A DNA stretch of 64,000 nucleotides from Halorutilales archaeon Cl-col2-1 (GCA_041891055.1 CP169074.1:1312001-1376000), one strand, 5' to 3'; positions 9,902 through 17,935 are shown, counted from the stretch's first letter. Notes: a model not told the origin generated them from the sequence alone. Translations and numbers: made by a program.

Positions 9902-11143
9902 TTAGAAGTAACCTCCTAATGATTCATTTACGACTCTGTGAGCGTGTTTACGTGTCGACTCCTCACGTGCAATATTATTGTCTATATAATTCCTAAGTGC
10001 ATCCTGTCCCTCCTCAATCTTGTTCCGTATCCTTTCTAATTCTCGTTTCTGAACTATTAGGTTATGCACAGCTATTGGACCGGCTATATCCTTTTCGTAC
10101 TTCGTATTTCCTTTCATACGACTCACAAGCTCATCAGAGCTGCATACAGGACAGTCGCATTCCTCGTAATTAGCTTCGTCTTTATGTACTGTCTTCGTCA
10201 GGGATGTCGAATACTTTCCATTTATCCCCCCACGCATATACGAAGATGAGTCAAAAGTATCCACACCCAAAGCGGCAAGTAGAGGTATAGCCCCTTTGGA
10301 GATTCCAAAAACGTGTAATGGGAGATCTTCTAATCCTTCTTCTTGCATTACCTCCTTACACCCGATAACTGCCTCGATAAGGGTATCACGGTCATCTTTC
10401 TTTGGAACTAGCCCACCTAGTGCGATACCGTCAAACGAATTATATATTCTCTGTATACCCATCTCGTCTTTAAGATGAGTTAAGAAAGTTTTGATCATCG
10501 AATAGTTATAGCCATGTAATGTGAGATACTTGGCCCCAGCATAGCCTGAGGACAGTTCTGCAAATTGACGAGCGTCTTTACCAGTCTTCCTCGCTTTTCT
10601 TATTCTATCGTCATGGTTATCCTCAGGTGAGATAGGACGATCAAGATTTACGAGAATATCTCCTCCCAACTTTCTCTGCATTTCGTATATCCTCTCCTGA
10701 TTCATCTCTATCTCAAAGTCACTCCCATCAAGCTTCCCTTTCCTTAGTATTTGAAAACCTCCAGAATCAATAAATATCATACCATTAAATCCCTCAAATA
10801 CGTCTCGCGCTTTGATTGGTTCAGAAAGATAGTCTCGGAGATAGTTTCTACTAATTCCATATTGAGTTAGTGATGATATCGACATCATAGCAGTATCAAA
10901 ATATTCACTGCAGTCAACGCTGTCAACCCTATCAGCACCCACCATCAATTCTTTGACTGTCCTGTGAACGCTCCCCCCAAACATACTGGAAGCACGCCCT
11001 CCACCATAGAAATTCACTACAGGAAAAAGATTTGGCGTCTCAATTTCGGCTGTTCCAGCAGACAAAGTTCCTGTCCTAGCATCACCAGTAGTAGAAGATA
11101 CTTCAAATGAGACTTCCTGCGAACCCATACCTATACTACTCAT
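9902..11143 (-). CDS. TGT-family transglycosylase B (DpdA-like, no PUA domain)
   Basis: ARTG, ETPNLFPV, FIDSGGFQ, LDRPI, ALGGLVP, LHVFG, GVDTFDSSSY and zinc site CDCPVC...HN; catalytic Asp residues present. Confidence 0.9.
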   Translation of the reverse strand: MSSIGMGSQEVSFEVSSTTGDARTGTLSAGTAEIETPNLFPVVNFYGGGRASSMFGGSVHRTVKELMVGADRVDSVDCSEYFDTAMMSISSLTQYGISRNYLRDYLSEPIKARDVFEGFNGMIFIDSGGFQILRKGKLDGSDFEIEMNQERIYEMQRKLGGDILVNLDRPISPEDNHDDRIRKARKTGKDARQFAELSSGYAGAKYLTLHGYNYSMIKTFLTHLKDEMGIQRIYNSFDGIALGGLVPKKDDRDTLIEAVIGCKEVMQEEGLEDLPLHVFGISKGAIPLLAALGVDTFDSSSYMRGGINGKYSTSLTKTVHKDEANYEECDCPVCSSDELVSRMKGNTKYEKDIAGPIAVHNLIVQKRELERIRNKIEEGQDALRNYIDNNIAREESTRKHAHRVVNESLGGYF

Positions 11144-11589
11144 GCTTTAATCACTCTCTTATCTCGAACGAATTTTTTTAATACATGCCCACGTTCACCG
11201 AGACCTCCCTCTAGCATTATCACTTCAGCATCTGTCTTGGATTCTATTCCATCTATTGCTCTACGGTATAGCTCCCCCATATTAATGACAACTTTACTGT
11301 AGTCGTTCTTCTCAATTGTCCTAGATAATTCGTGCACAACGTCGGTATTAAGCTCGTCGGCACGTGAGGCAGTCATCTTTTTATCATACGTTACTATTTT
11401 CTCCTCTGGATCCAGCAATCCATATTCCGCAGAAAGTATACATATATCAATATCATCGTCGTATTCCCCCTCCCGTCTTGCTTTTTTAATTATCTTGTAA
11501 TAGTATCCAGAATATAGATCAAAGGCAGGAACCGGTTCAGAAACTGACTTCTTCGAGCTAGAGCAACTTTGAACGAGTAGTGTCGACAT
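11140..11589 (-). CDS. DUF6884/YaaA-like small protein
   Basis: LLVQSCSSSKK...PAFDLYSG...ILSAEYGLL...YD pattern; ATGA-coupled to TGT B. Confidence 0.7.
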   Translation of the reverse strand: MSTLLVQSCSSSKKSVSEPVPAFDLYSGYYYKIIKKARREGEYDDDIDICILSAEYGLLDPEEKIVTYDKKMTASRADELNTDVVHELSRTIEKNDYSKVVINMGELYRRAIDGIESKTDAEVIMLEGGLGERGHVLKKFVRDKRVIKA

Positions 11590-11626
11590 CTGTAGAATAC
11601 GTTTTAATCACCGAGACCTATATAAC

Positions 11627-13624
11627 TTACTCAACTGACGGACTGATTCCCCTCAAGTGACTGACTAACTCCTCTATATTGGACTTTCGAAAATGTTCTC
11701 TAAGTTTCAGGATGTTCGGATCATCTGGCAACACAGTTCCATCACCATATCTAGAAAAGGCTTCATCTACTGCTTCTCTGTAGTTTTTACTAACCACATA
11801 TCCTAAGATTTCATCGTATTCATCTCCATACTGCTCAAGATACTCAGTTAATCTCTTCGTGATCAAATCCTTCTGACCTTCATCCTCAGAAGTTAATACA
11901 TATTCGTACTCTAAAACCGCCTGTTCTTCTTCGTATTCTTCAGGAACTGGCCCAAACATACCCGAAAGGGTTACTTTATGTATATCATTACGCATAGAGG
12001 AAACTTCATCAAGCACTGCTCTCTGTGTACGTGATGACCCATAGGGCTTCTCTTTACTGCACGGTAAGATCAATAAGATAGGTTTGTCTGGTGGGGAGTA
12101 ATTTCTCTGTAATATATTGAAACTATTCGCTCCATGCTCAAGAGATATTGTTCGATTAGTTGTGCCCCCCTTCACTCCGGCATCAAATCTATCTAATTTA
12201 GACTGGTGTTTCGTCATCTTAGACCCAGGCAAAAGATCATAATCACCTCTGTCCTCAATATCTTTCCTTAGCTTTTCATCCCTGACTTGCGCTTGTTTTA
12301 GTCCTTTTTGGATCCCATTGTCTTCGCGTGCGAATTCAATAACATAATCAAGAAGATTTCCATTCTTAATAGCCTCTTGAACCCGCCTTACTTCTCTGTT
12401 ATATACCTCGAAGTTATGACGAGCAAGCCATCCGTAGTATTTGCTCTTCGTGAACCCATCAGTTCCATATGTCGGCTCACGTTCTATATACTCATTTAAT
12501 TTTTTAAGAGAGAGTCTATTTCCTTCCTCATCAAGAGCCTCAGATTCCTCACTACATAGTGGACATCCATCTATATTACACGGGAATGTGTCTTTTTCCT
12601 CTGCTAGTTCACTTAATTCTACTCTCTCCCACGTTTCAGGTATAATATACTTCCTGAATTTAGCAGCTTGAACATGGCTTGAGCAATCAAATGAATCAAC
12701 CCCTAGAAGAGAAAGAATACCCGCTTGTTTACCTCCTACTCCAAAAGAATGTAAAGCTATTTTATCCTTCTTTTCCTCTGGAATAGCATCTTTAGCTCCT
12801 TGGATTATATCAACCAGAGTCTTTGTTTTGCTTCGAAGGGGTACTAAAGATCCAATGGCAAATCCATGAAAAGGTTGCTGTACGTTTTCCTCCTCAATAC
12901 GTTCAAGGAAATTCATCACATACCAGTTCATTGTCTCATAGTCATGTCCATGAATAGCAACAAAAACAGCTGGGTCAGCTACTTTCTTCTGCTTCTTTAA
13001 ACGGCGTATACTTTCTTTATCTTGTTCAGAACGTATTTCTATCTTATCAGGGCCCTCAATAAGTTTTAAACAGCGTACAGCACTTTCGATACTTTGATTC
13101 ATTCGGTCAATCTTTTCCCCTTCTTTTAGATTCTGTGGGATTGGATAATCAAGGGTAGCTATAATATCAGCCCCAAAGTCCGTCTGTAATTTCAAAATGC
13201 TGTCAGGATCTGTATATATACCCCATTCATTTTCTTCACCTCCTTCGTCAGGAGCTAGTCCAAATGTCTTAGAATTCATTAATTTAAATCCGCCAGAATC
13301 AATAAAAAGAGGTGCATTCATGTCAACACGACTTTCTAAATGTTCTCGAAGAGTTTTTTTACGCCATTTCTCGTTAAGATTCTTGGGAGAGACCCCATAC
13401 TCAGTAAAGCTCATAGCTTGAAACATAATGCCCTGAAGATCGTCTTCATCAAGTATATTATCCCGGAAGTGCCTCCATATTGATCCAGAGTCTAAAGTAG
13501 TGCCGCCAATTAGATTTATAACAGGGAAAAGAGCAGGTGTATTAACCTCCCCATTACGGACAGAAAGGGTGCCAAGCCTACCATAGCCATCATCACTGAC
13601 TTCATCAATAGAAAACTCCGTCAT
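11627..13624 (-). CDS. TGT-family transglycosylase A fused to a C-terminal DUF5591 (ArcS-type) domain
   Basis: GRLG, TPALFPV, FIDSGGF, LDYPI, AIGSLVP, LHSFG, GVDSFDCSSH and zinc site C..GCPLC...HN; C-terminal LILPCSKEKPYGSSRTQ...GPVPEEYE. Confidence 0.88.
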   Translation of the reverse strand: MTEFSIDEVSDDGYGRLGTLSVRNGEVNTPALFPVINLIGGTTLDSGSIWRHFRDNILDEDDLQGIMFQAMSFTEYGVSPKNLNEKWRKKTLREHLESRVDMNAPLFIDSGGFKLMNSKTFGLAPDEGGEENEWGIYTDPDSILKLQTDFGADIIATLDYPIPQNLKEGEKIDRMNQSIESAVRCLKLIEGPDKIEIRSEQDKESIRRLKKQKKVADPAVFVAIHGHDYETMNWYVMNFLERIEEENVQQPFHGFAIGSLVPLRSKTKTLVDIIQGAKDAIPEEKKDKIALHSFGVGGKQAGILSLLGVDSFDCSSHVQAAKFRKYIIPETWERVELSELAEEKDTFPCNIDGCPLCSEESEALDEEGNRLSLKKLNEYIEREPTYGTDGFTKSKYYGWLARHNFEVYNREVRRVQEAIKNGNLLDYVIEFAREDNGIQKGLKQAQVRDEKLRKDIEDRGDYDLLPGSKMTKHQSKLDRFDAGVKGGTTNRTISLEHGANSFNILQRNYSPPDKPILLILPCSKEKPYGSSRTQRAVLDEVSSMRNDIHKVTLSGMFGPVPEEYEEEQAVLEYEYVLTSEDEGQKDLITKRLTEYLEQYGDEYDEILGYVVSKNYREAVDEAFSRYGDGTVLPDDPNILKLREHFRKSNIEELVSHLRGISPSVE

Positions 13625-13733
13625 ATCTATACAGTAGATACTAAGAGAATTAGAGCTTTCGGAAAGGTGTATCCGAAACTTCAGGTATATTGGGAGACTT
13701 GAAAAGTATAGGAGTAGTTCAATAAGCTACGCC

Positions 13734-14411
13734 ATGACAGAAAATAACCAAGCTATAGCGATACCTCAAATATCACTAATTGCTCTGTTTGTCACTGCGT
13801 TAATTACTGCTCAAGTAACTGCCTCGAAGGTTATAGAGATCGGACTACCATTCGGATTACCAGTAACGGGGGAGTCAATAATAGTCCCAGCAGCAGTTTT
13901 TGCATACGCTCTTACTTTCTTCTCCTCTGACTGCTATGCTGAACTCTACGGTAAGCAAGCAGCACAAGCTCTTGTTAACGTCGCATTCATCATGAATTTC
14001 GTTCTATTAGCTCTAGTTTGGCTCGCTATATACGCACCTATCTTTCCAGATTCTCCTGTCGGACAAAATGAATTTGTCCAGACTCTTGGTGCTAGTACTG
14101 GAATAGTCATGGGGAGTTTATTAGCGTATATCGTAAGTCAAAACTGGGATGTTATAGTGTTCCACCGTCTCAAGAACTTTTCTGACGGAGATGATCTATG
14201 GCTTCGTAACATTATCTCTACTTCCACGAGTCAGCTAATAGATACAGTTATATTCATCTCAATTGCATTTATTGTCTTCCAAGGATTGTCTCTTGAAGCA
14301 GGAATAGCTCTCCTCATCGGACAATATGTATTCAAACTGCTTATAGCAGTACTCGACACACCATTTGTGTACATAGTAGTGGGTATAATAAGATCCAATC
14401 AAGATGGATAG
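13734..14411 (+). CDS. yhhQ: Queuosine-precursor (preQ0/preQ1) transporter, YhhQ/Vut_1 family
   Basis: Multi-TM protein with SDCYAELYG, SLLAYIVSQNWDV, WLRNIISTSTSQLIDTVIF and DTPF motifs. Confidence 0.9.
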   Translation: MTENNQAIAIPQISLIALFVTALITAQVTASKVIEIGLPFGLPVTGESIIVPAAVFAYALTFFSSDCYAELYGKQAAQALVNVAFIMNFVLLALVWLAIYAPIFPDSPVGQNEFVQTLGASTGIVMGSLLAYIVSQNWDVIVFHRLKNFSDGDDLWLRNIISTSTSQLIDTVIFISIAFIVFQGLSLEAGIALLIGQYVFKLLIAVLDTPFVYIVVGIIRSNQDG

Positions 14412-14452
14412 TAACTCAATAGTCTAACAAGAAGTATCCATGAAGTGAGTGT

Positions 14453-14590
14453 GAGTACGCGCGTAAAGTCGACATCGACAAAGATGTCAAGCTGTTTCGT
14501 CTCCAGGGACTCAAGTATCAGCTCGCTATCTTCGTGACTGACAAAGCTGAAGAACTTGAAAAAACAGAATAGAAGAGCTTACGAGTTTTC
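14453..14590 (+). pseudogene. Degenerate copy of the 3' end of the 16784-17409 gene
   Basis: Translates EYARKVDIDKDVKLFRLQGLKYQLA versus EYVRKADVDEDVKESRLQGLKDQLA; identical 18-mer TCGTCTCCAGGGACTCAA at 14497 and 17274. Confidence 0.85.
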
Positions 14591-14625
14591 GTGTGGGGTC
14601 AGAGATAGAAAGATAAGTCTGTCTT

Positions 14626-14813
14626 TGGGTTAGTCAGCTAGCCAACAATTTGTAGTCTGTTGGTTAGATAGAGTAGGTTCATTCTCCAGATCAAAAGTGG
14701 TAAGTTGAGTCAGGTGACTCAGCTTAACAGCTTATCTAACTACCCCGCTTTGGAGTGTATTTCTGATTTAGCTAACCAACATTTATAGTTAGATCTCCGA
14801 GGATGTTGGTTAG
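14626..14813. repeat. Cluster of inverted CTAACCAACA/TGTTGGTTAG boxes and a TGAGTCA-GG-TGACTCA palindrome
   Basis: CTAGCCAACA 14638, TGTTGGTTAG 14658, palindrome 14706-14721, CTAACCAACA 14772, TGTTGGTTAG 14804. Confidence 0.7.
14744..14759. repeat. Left arm of a 16-bp perfect long-range inverted repeat (partner 16420-16435)
   Basis: CCCGCTTTGGAGTGTA is the reverse complement of TACACTCCAAAGCGGG. Confidence 0.85.
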
Positions 14814-14866
14814 TTCTGGTAACAAAAATTGAGTAGAATGGATTCAAGAAGAGCTATTCAGACTAA

Positions 14867-15079
14867 TTATTCCTCACGCGGATCTTTATTGAACTCATAT
14901 AGACCTCTAGCGACTTTCTTTATCCACCCTGCATCAGTAAGACGGCGTAGACAGTATTCCACATTCCCTTTTTCCATGCCGGTTTCATTAATTATGAAGC
15001 GAGGATTTGCTCGACCTTTCTTTAACACATTCAGAACCTCTTCACACCTTTCCGACGGCTCGAAGTCTTCGTTTACCAT
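14867..15079 (-). CDS. Small winged-helix regulator, halovirus/provirus repressor-like
   Basis: 70 aa; GRANPR...VEYCLRRLTDAGWIKKVARGLYE...DPR wHTH pattern seen in haloarchaeal mobile elements. Confidence 0.7.
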   Translation of the reverse strand: MVNEDFEPSERCEEVLNVLKKGRANPRFIINETGMEKGNVEYCLRRLTDAGWIKKVARGLYEFNKDPREE

Positions 15080-15203
15080 TTCTACACTGTCCCTAGTACT
15101 CGTGGTACAAAATAGACTTTGATATGTAATATAGTTTGTGTAGAGTTTTGTTATCTACTTTGTAATACCAAGCTTTATGTGGACAGGGTATATATAGAAT
15201 ATT

Positions 15204-15265
15204 GAGCGCGGTGTCACTGATTCAGTATGAAGTGGTCAGGGTGTTGGAGCACCCTAACCGCGCTT
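15204..15265 (+). promoter_or_regulatory. Structured 5' leader downstream of TATA-like TTTATG (~15174)
   Basis: Hairpin GGTCAGGGTG-TTGGAG-CACCCTAACC (15234-15259) and an overlapping alternative pairing GCGCGGT (15206) with ACCGCGC (15257). Confidence 0.5.
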
Positions 15266-15284
15266 CCCTATGGTGTGAGAAGCA

Positions 15285-15401
15285 ATGAAAGCTACGAATA
15301 CGACCCAGAAAGATGTATCGCTGTTAGAGCAGCTGCTAGATGGAGCAGATGTTGGAGTAAGAGAGTCAAATGAAAAACAAAAGAGTACTCCTCTCAGCTA
15401 A
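15285..15401 (+). CDS. Small ORF or truncated gene (38 aa)
   Basis: MKATNTTQKDVSLLEQLLDG...; follows the structured leader and ends 2 bp before the next ATG. Confidence 0.35.
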   Translation: MKATNTTQKDVSLLEQLLDGADVGVRESNEKQKSTPLS

Positions 15402-15403
15402 AA

Positions 15404-15652
15404 ATGACTTCCGGGAAACAAACAGACAAGCAAGACCTGATCGACGAGCTGAAGAGGCTAGCAGATATGACAGACGACGAACCCAAAGTCAAGCATGTCC
15501 GCAAGTATGGCGAATATTCCTATACAGCGTACAGGCGTTACTTTGATTCTTGGGAAGAGGCTCTCGATGCTGCTGGTATCACTGAAAAATCAAGCGAAAT
15601 TAAGATCGAAATCAAAATCGAGTTAGACAAAACCTTTTCTTTCTCTATCTGA
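15404..15652 (+). CDS. Homing-endonuclease-associated repeat protein (no nuclease domain)
   Basis: LIDELKRLA...P....GEYS...YRRYFDSWEEALDAAG is the HNH-associated repeat pattern. Confidence 0.75.
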   Translation: MTSGKQTDKQDLIDELKRLADMTDDEPKVKHVRKYGEYSYTAYRRYFDSWEEALDAAGITEKSSEIKIEIKIELDKTFSFSI

Positions 15653-15840
15653 GAATCTTTTGACCTGGGTCAGTTGACCCATCCTATCCTCTCATACTTC
15701 TTTACGACACAAAACTAGCCTCCTACACATATTCAAAAGAAAGTATTTAGAGACCTCTAAATAACGAAAACATATATGCTGAATATTACTTTACCTTCTC
15801 CAAAGTCTTTAAATCCATACACATCAAAGATCTATGTAGT

Positions 15841-16296
15841 ATGACTTACGAGAACCTTGATCTCAAAATCATAAACCTGCTCGAGGACGATGCACGTAGA
15901 AGTCTTAGGAGCCTAGCCGAAGAGCTCGATGTCTCGGTCACAACTGTAAGCAACCATCTTGAGAACATGCAAGAGGAGGGTATAGTAAAAGGCTTCAAAC
16001 CAGTCGTCAACTACGACGAACTCGGTTACGGCGTCACAGCCACAGTGATGATAAAAGCCGAGGGTAACAGCATCCTCGATCTCACAGAAGACCTCAAAGA
16101 CATAGACTCGTTCTTGAGTGTCTATGAGGTCACAGGAGAGTTCGACATAATCGCTATAGGCAAGTTCGAGAGCACGGAGGCAATGAACAACGTAATCAAG
16201 AACCTCTTAGAGAATCCCAACATAGCTGAGACCAACACCAACGTCGTCTTAGAAACTCACAAAGAAAACGAAGACATCGAGTTCGAAGTAGAATAG
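15841..16296 (+). CDS. lrp: Lrp/AsnC family regulator (haloarchaeal Lrp-like)
   Basis: MTYENLD...SLRSLAEELDVSVTTVSNHL HTH and a RAM domain with YEVTGEFDI. Confidence 0.85.
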   Translation: MTYENLDLKIINLLEDDARRSLRSLAEELDVSVTTVSNHLENMQEEGIVKGFKPVVNYDELGYGVTATVMIKAEGNSILDLTEDLKDIDSFLSVYEVTGEFDIIAIGKFESTEAMNNVIKNLLENPNIAETNTNVVLETHKENEDIEFEVE

Positions 16297-16419
16297 AAGA
16301 CTACTACTCTAACTGTATTCAGCTAAGTCTGCTAGTTCTTGGGTCTCATAAGCTTTTCAAGAGTAGATCTTTTCTCTGGGAGTAGTCACATAGAGAAATA
16401 CTGGTTAGCTCAGACACGT

Positions 16420-16435
16420 TACACTCCAAAGCGGG
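16420..16435. repeat. Right arm of the 16-bp long-range inverted repeat
   Basis: TACACTCCAAAGCGGG, preceded like its partner by TGGTTAGCT. Confidence 0.85.
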
Positions 16436-16512
16436 AGTGTGAAGACGGTTCGAAGATGAAATTCGACTCTAGTTCAGGTTAGCTTTAAATAACAGACGTA
16501 TAATTTCTGAAT

Positions 16513-16776
16513 GTGTCCTCCGAAAATATAGAAGACATACGCCAAGAGTACCGACAGCGCATCGACGATCTCCTAAAAGAAAAATCCGACAAGAAGCATA
16601 TCACACTCAAACATGTCCGAAAAGCTGTCCTACGAGAAGAACACAAAACCGAGAAAGGCGGCTACTATATGACCTTACCTCGACGTATACTCAAAGAAGA
16701 CCTCGACGTCGACTGGTGGCGAGAAGGACAGTACGCCACCTTAGTTAACCCGTACTTCAAAAAAGAGAACGATTGA
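16513..16776 (+). CDS. Hypothetical protein
   Basis: 87-aa ORF with a TTTAAA TATA-like box about 28 bp upstream. Confidence 0.55.
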   Translation: MSSENIEDIRQEYRQRIDDLLKEKSDKKHITLKHVRKAVLREEHKTEKGGYYMTLPRRILKEDLDVDWWREGQYATLVNPYFKKEND

Positions 16777-16783
16777 CACAAAA

Positions 16784-17409
16784 ATGACCTTCAGCGACGT
16801 CTGGTACACTCTCTTAGAGGAACTCGAAGACTTCTCCGAAGATACTACCATAACCACACCGATAACCAACAAGAAACTCTCGAACGTTACGACGTCGATG
16901 AAATAGAGAGCGTAGATACTGACGAACTCGTGAACTTCTACACTCTCCTCTCAGACGTACAGCGTGGTGCTGATAATCTACGCAAGGAGGTGAGCCAAGA
17001 GCTCTTAGACCGGGTAGAGGACGACTCGCCTGTGCACGGACAGTTCGGTTCAGTCTCGAAGACAACACGGAGAGTACGGGATCTACGTGATGAAGACGAG
17101 GTAGCACAGGTGTTAGAAGAGTCTGGTGTACCCAGAGAGAAAATTACGGGAGTCGTTGAGGACAAAGTTAGAGAGGCTCTCGAAGTCGCTGACATCCCAG
17201 AAGACGAGGTCTACGAGATAGAAGAAAGAGAGTATGTGCGTAAAGCCGACGTCGACGAGGACGTCAAGGAGTCTCGTCTCCAGGGACTCAAAGATCAACT
17301 CGCCGCCTTCGAGACTGACGAGGCTGAAGAGCTGCGTGACGAGGTCGAAGAGCTAGAGAATAGGATAGAAGAGCTCACTAGCTTTAGAGCAGGATCTAGT
17401 TTTGAGTAG
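16784..17409 (+). pseudogene. Haloarchaeal hypothetical gene with frameshift or internal deletion
   Basis: The frame from ATG 16784 (MTFSDVWYTLLEELE...TTP) stops early; a second frame resumes LERYDVDE...VNFYTLLSDVQR...HGQFGSV...RLQGLKDQL to the stop at 17409. Confidence 0.65.
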
Positions 17410-17935
17410 CTAGTCCAAGTAGATCTATGTACTATCTCCTGCTAGTTTTGTTGTGTCAGCTTTAACAAACTATAGGATGTCAAAAGTGCCGTATGGACGT
17501 AGATTTGCCTTAATCGGAGAGTATGATAACTAGCATAACTAACTAGCAACAGACCGACAGCACCGACATATAGATTTGGGTGTGCTAAACAACTATAACT
17601 AGCAACACCAATATTATATCGGATTTGAATATTAATTAAACTATAGGAGATATATTATCAAAGTATCCTGAATTCGGTCGTCTATAGTGATATACTCGCT
17701 AATATTTCAAATCTGCTTAGATAGAGTATGTCACATAATAGTGCGTAACTAGATATATGGCGATATTTATCGAGTGTTCTAGTTCTGAACGTGATATTTG
17801 GCTCTCAAACTGGGTGCTTTTTACGGACATCACCATGAGACCCATTATATGAAACGCTGTAACTACTCAATCAGCAGATCTACAAGTATTTCCCTAGGTG
17901 TTCAGAACTACACATGAACGCATCAGAAAGACGGA

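Noticed and set aside
9902-13624. Reading the two TGTs as housekeeping ArcTGT and ArcS
   Set aside because: No PUA domains, both have intact TGT catalytic residues, foreign composition and coupling to nuclease and ATPase genes; not formally excluded without phylogeny.
13625-13733. preQ1 riboswitch upstream of yhhQ
   Set aside because: No recognisable preQ1 aptamer stem or A-rich tail; the gene appears leaderless.
14620-14830. CRISPR-like array
   Set aside because: Repeats are about 10 bp, inverted and irregularly spaced; no cas genes.
16420-16436. ORB-like origin box (G-run after TACACTCCAAAG)
   Set aside because: Poor match to the ORB consensus and no orc1/cdc6 gene in the window.
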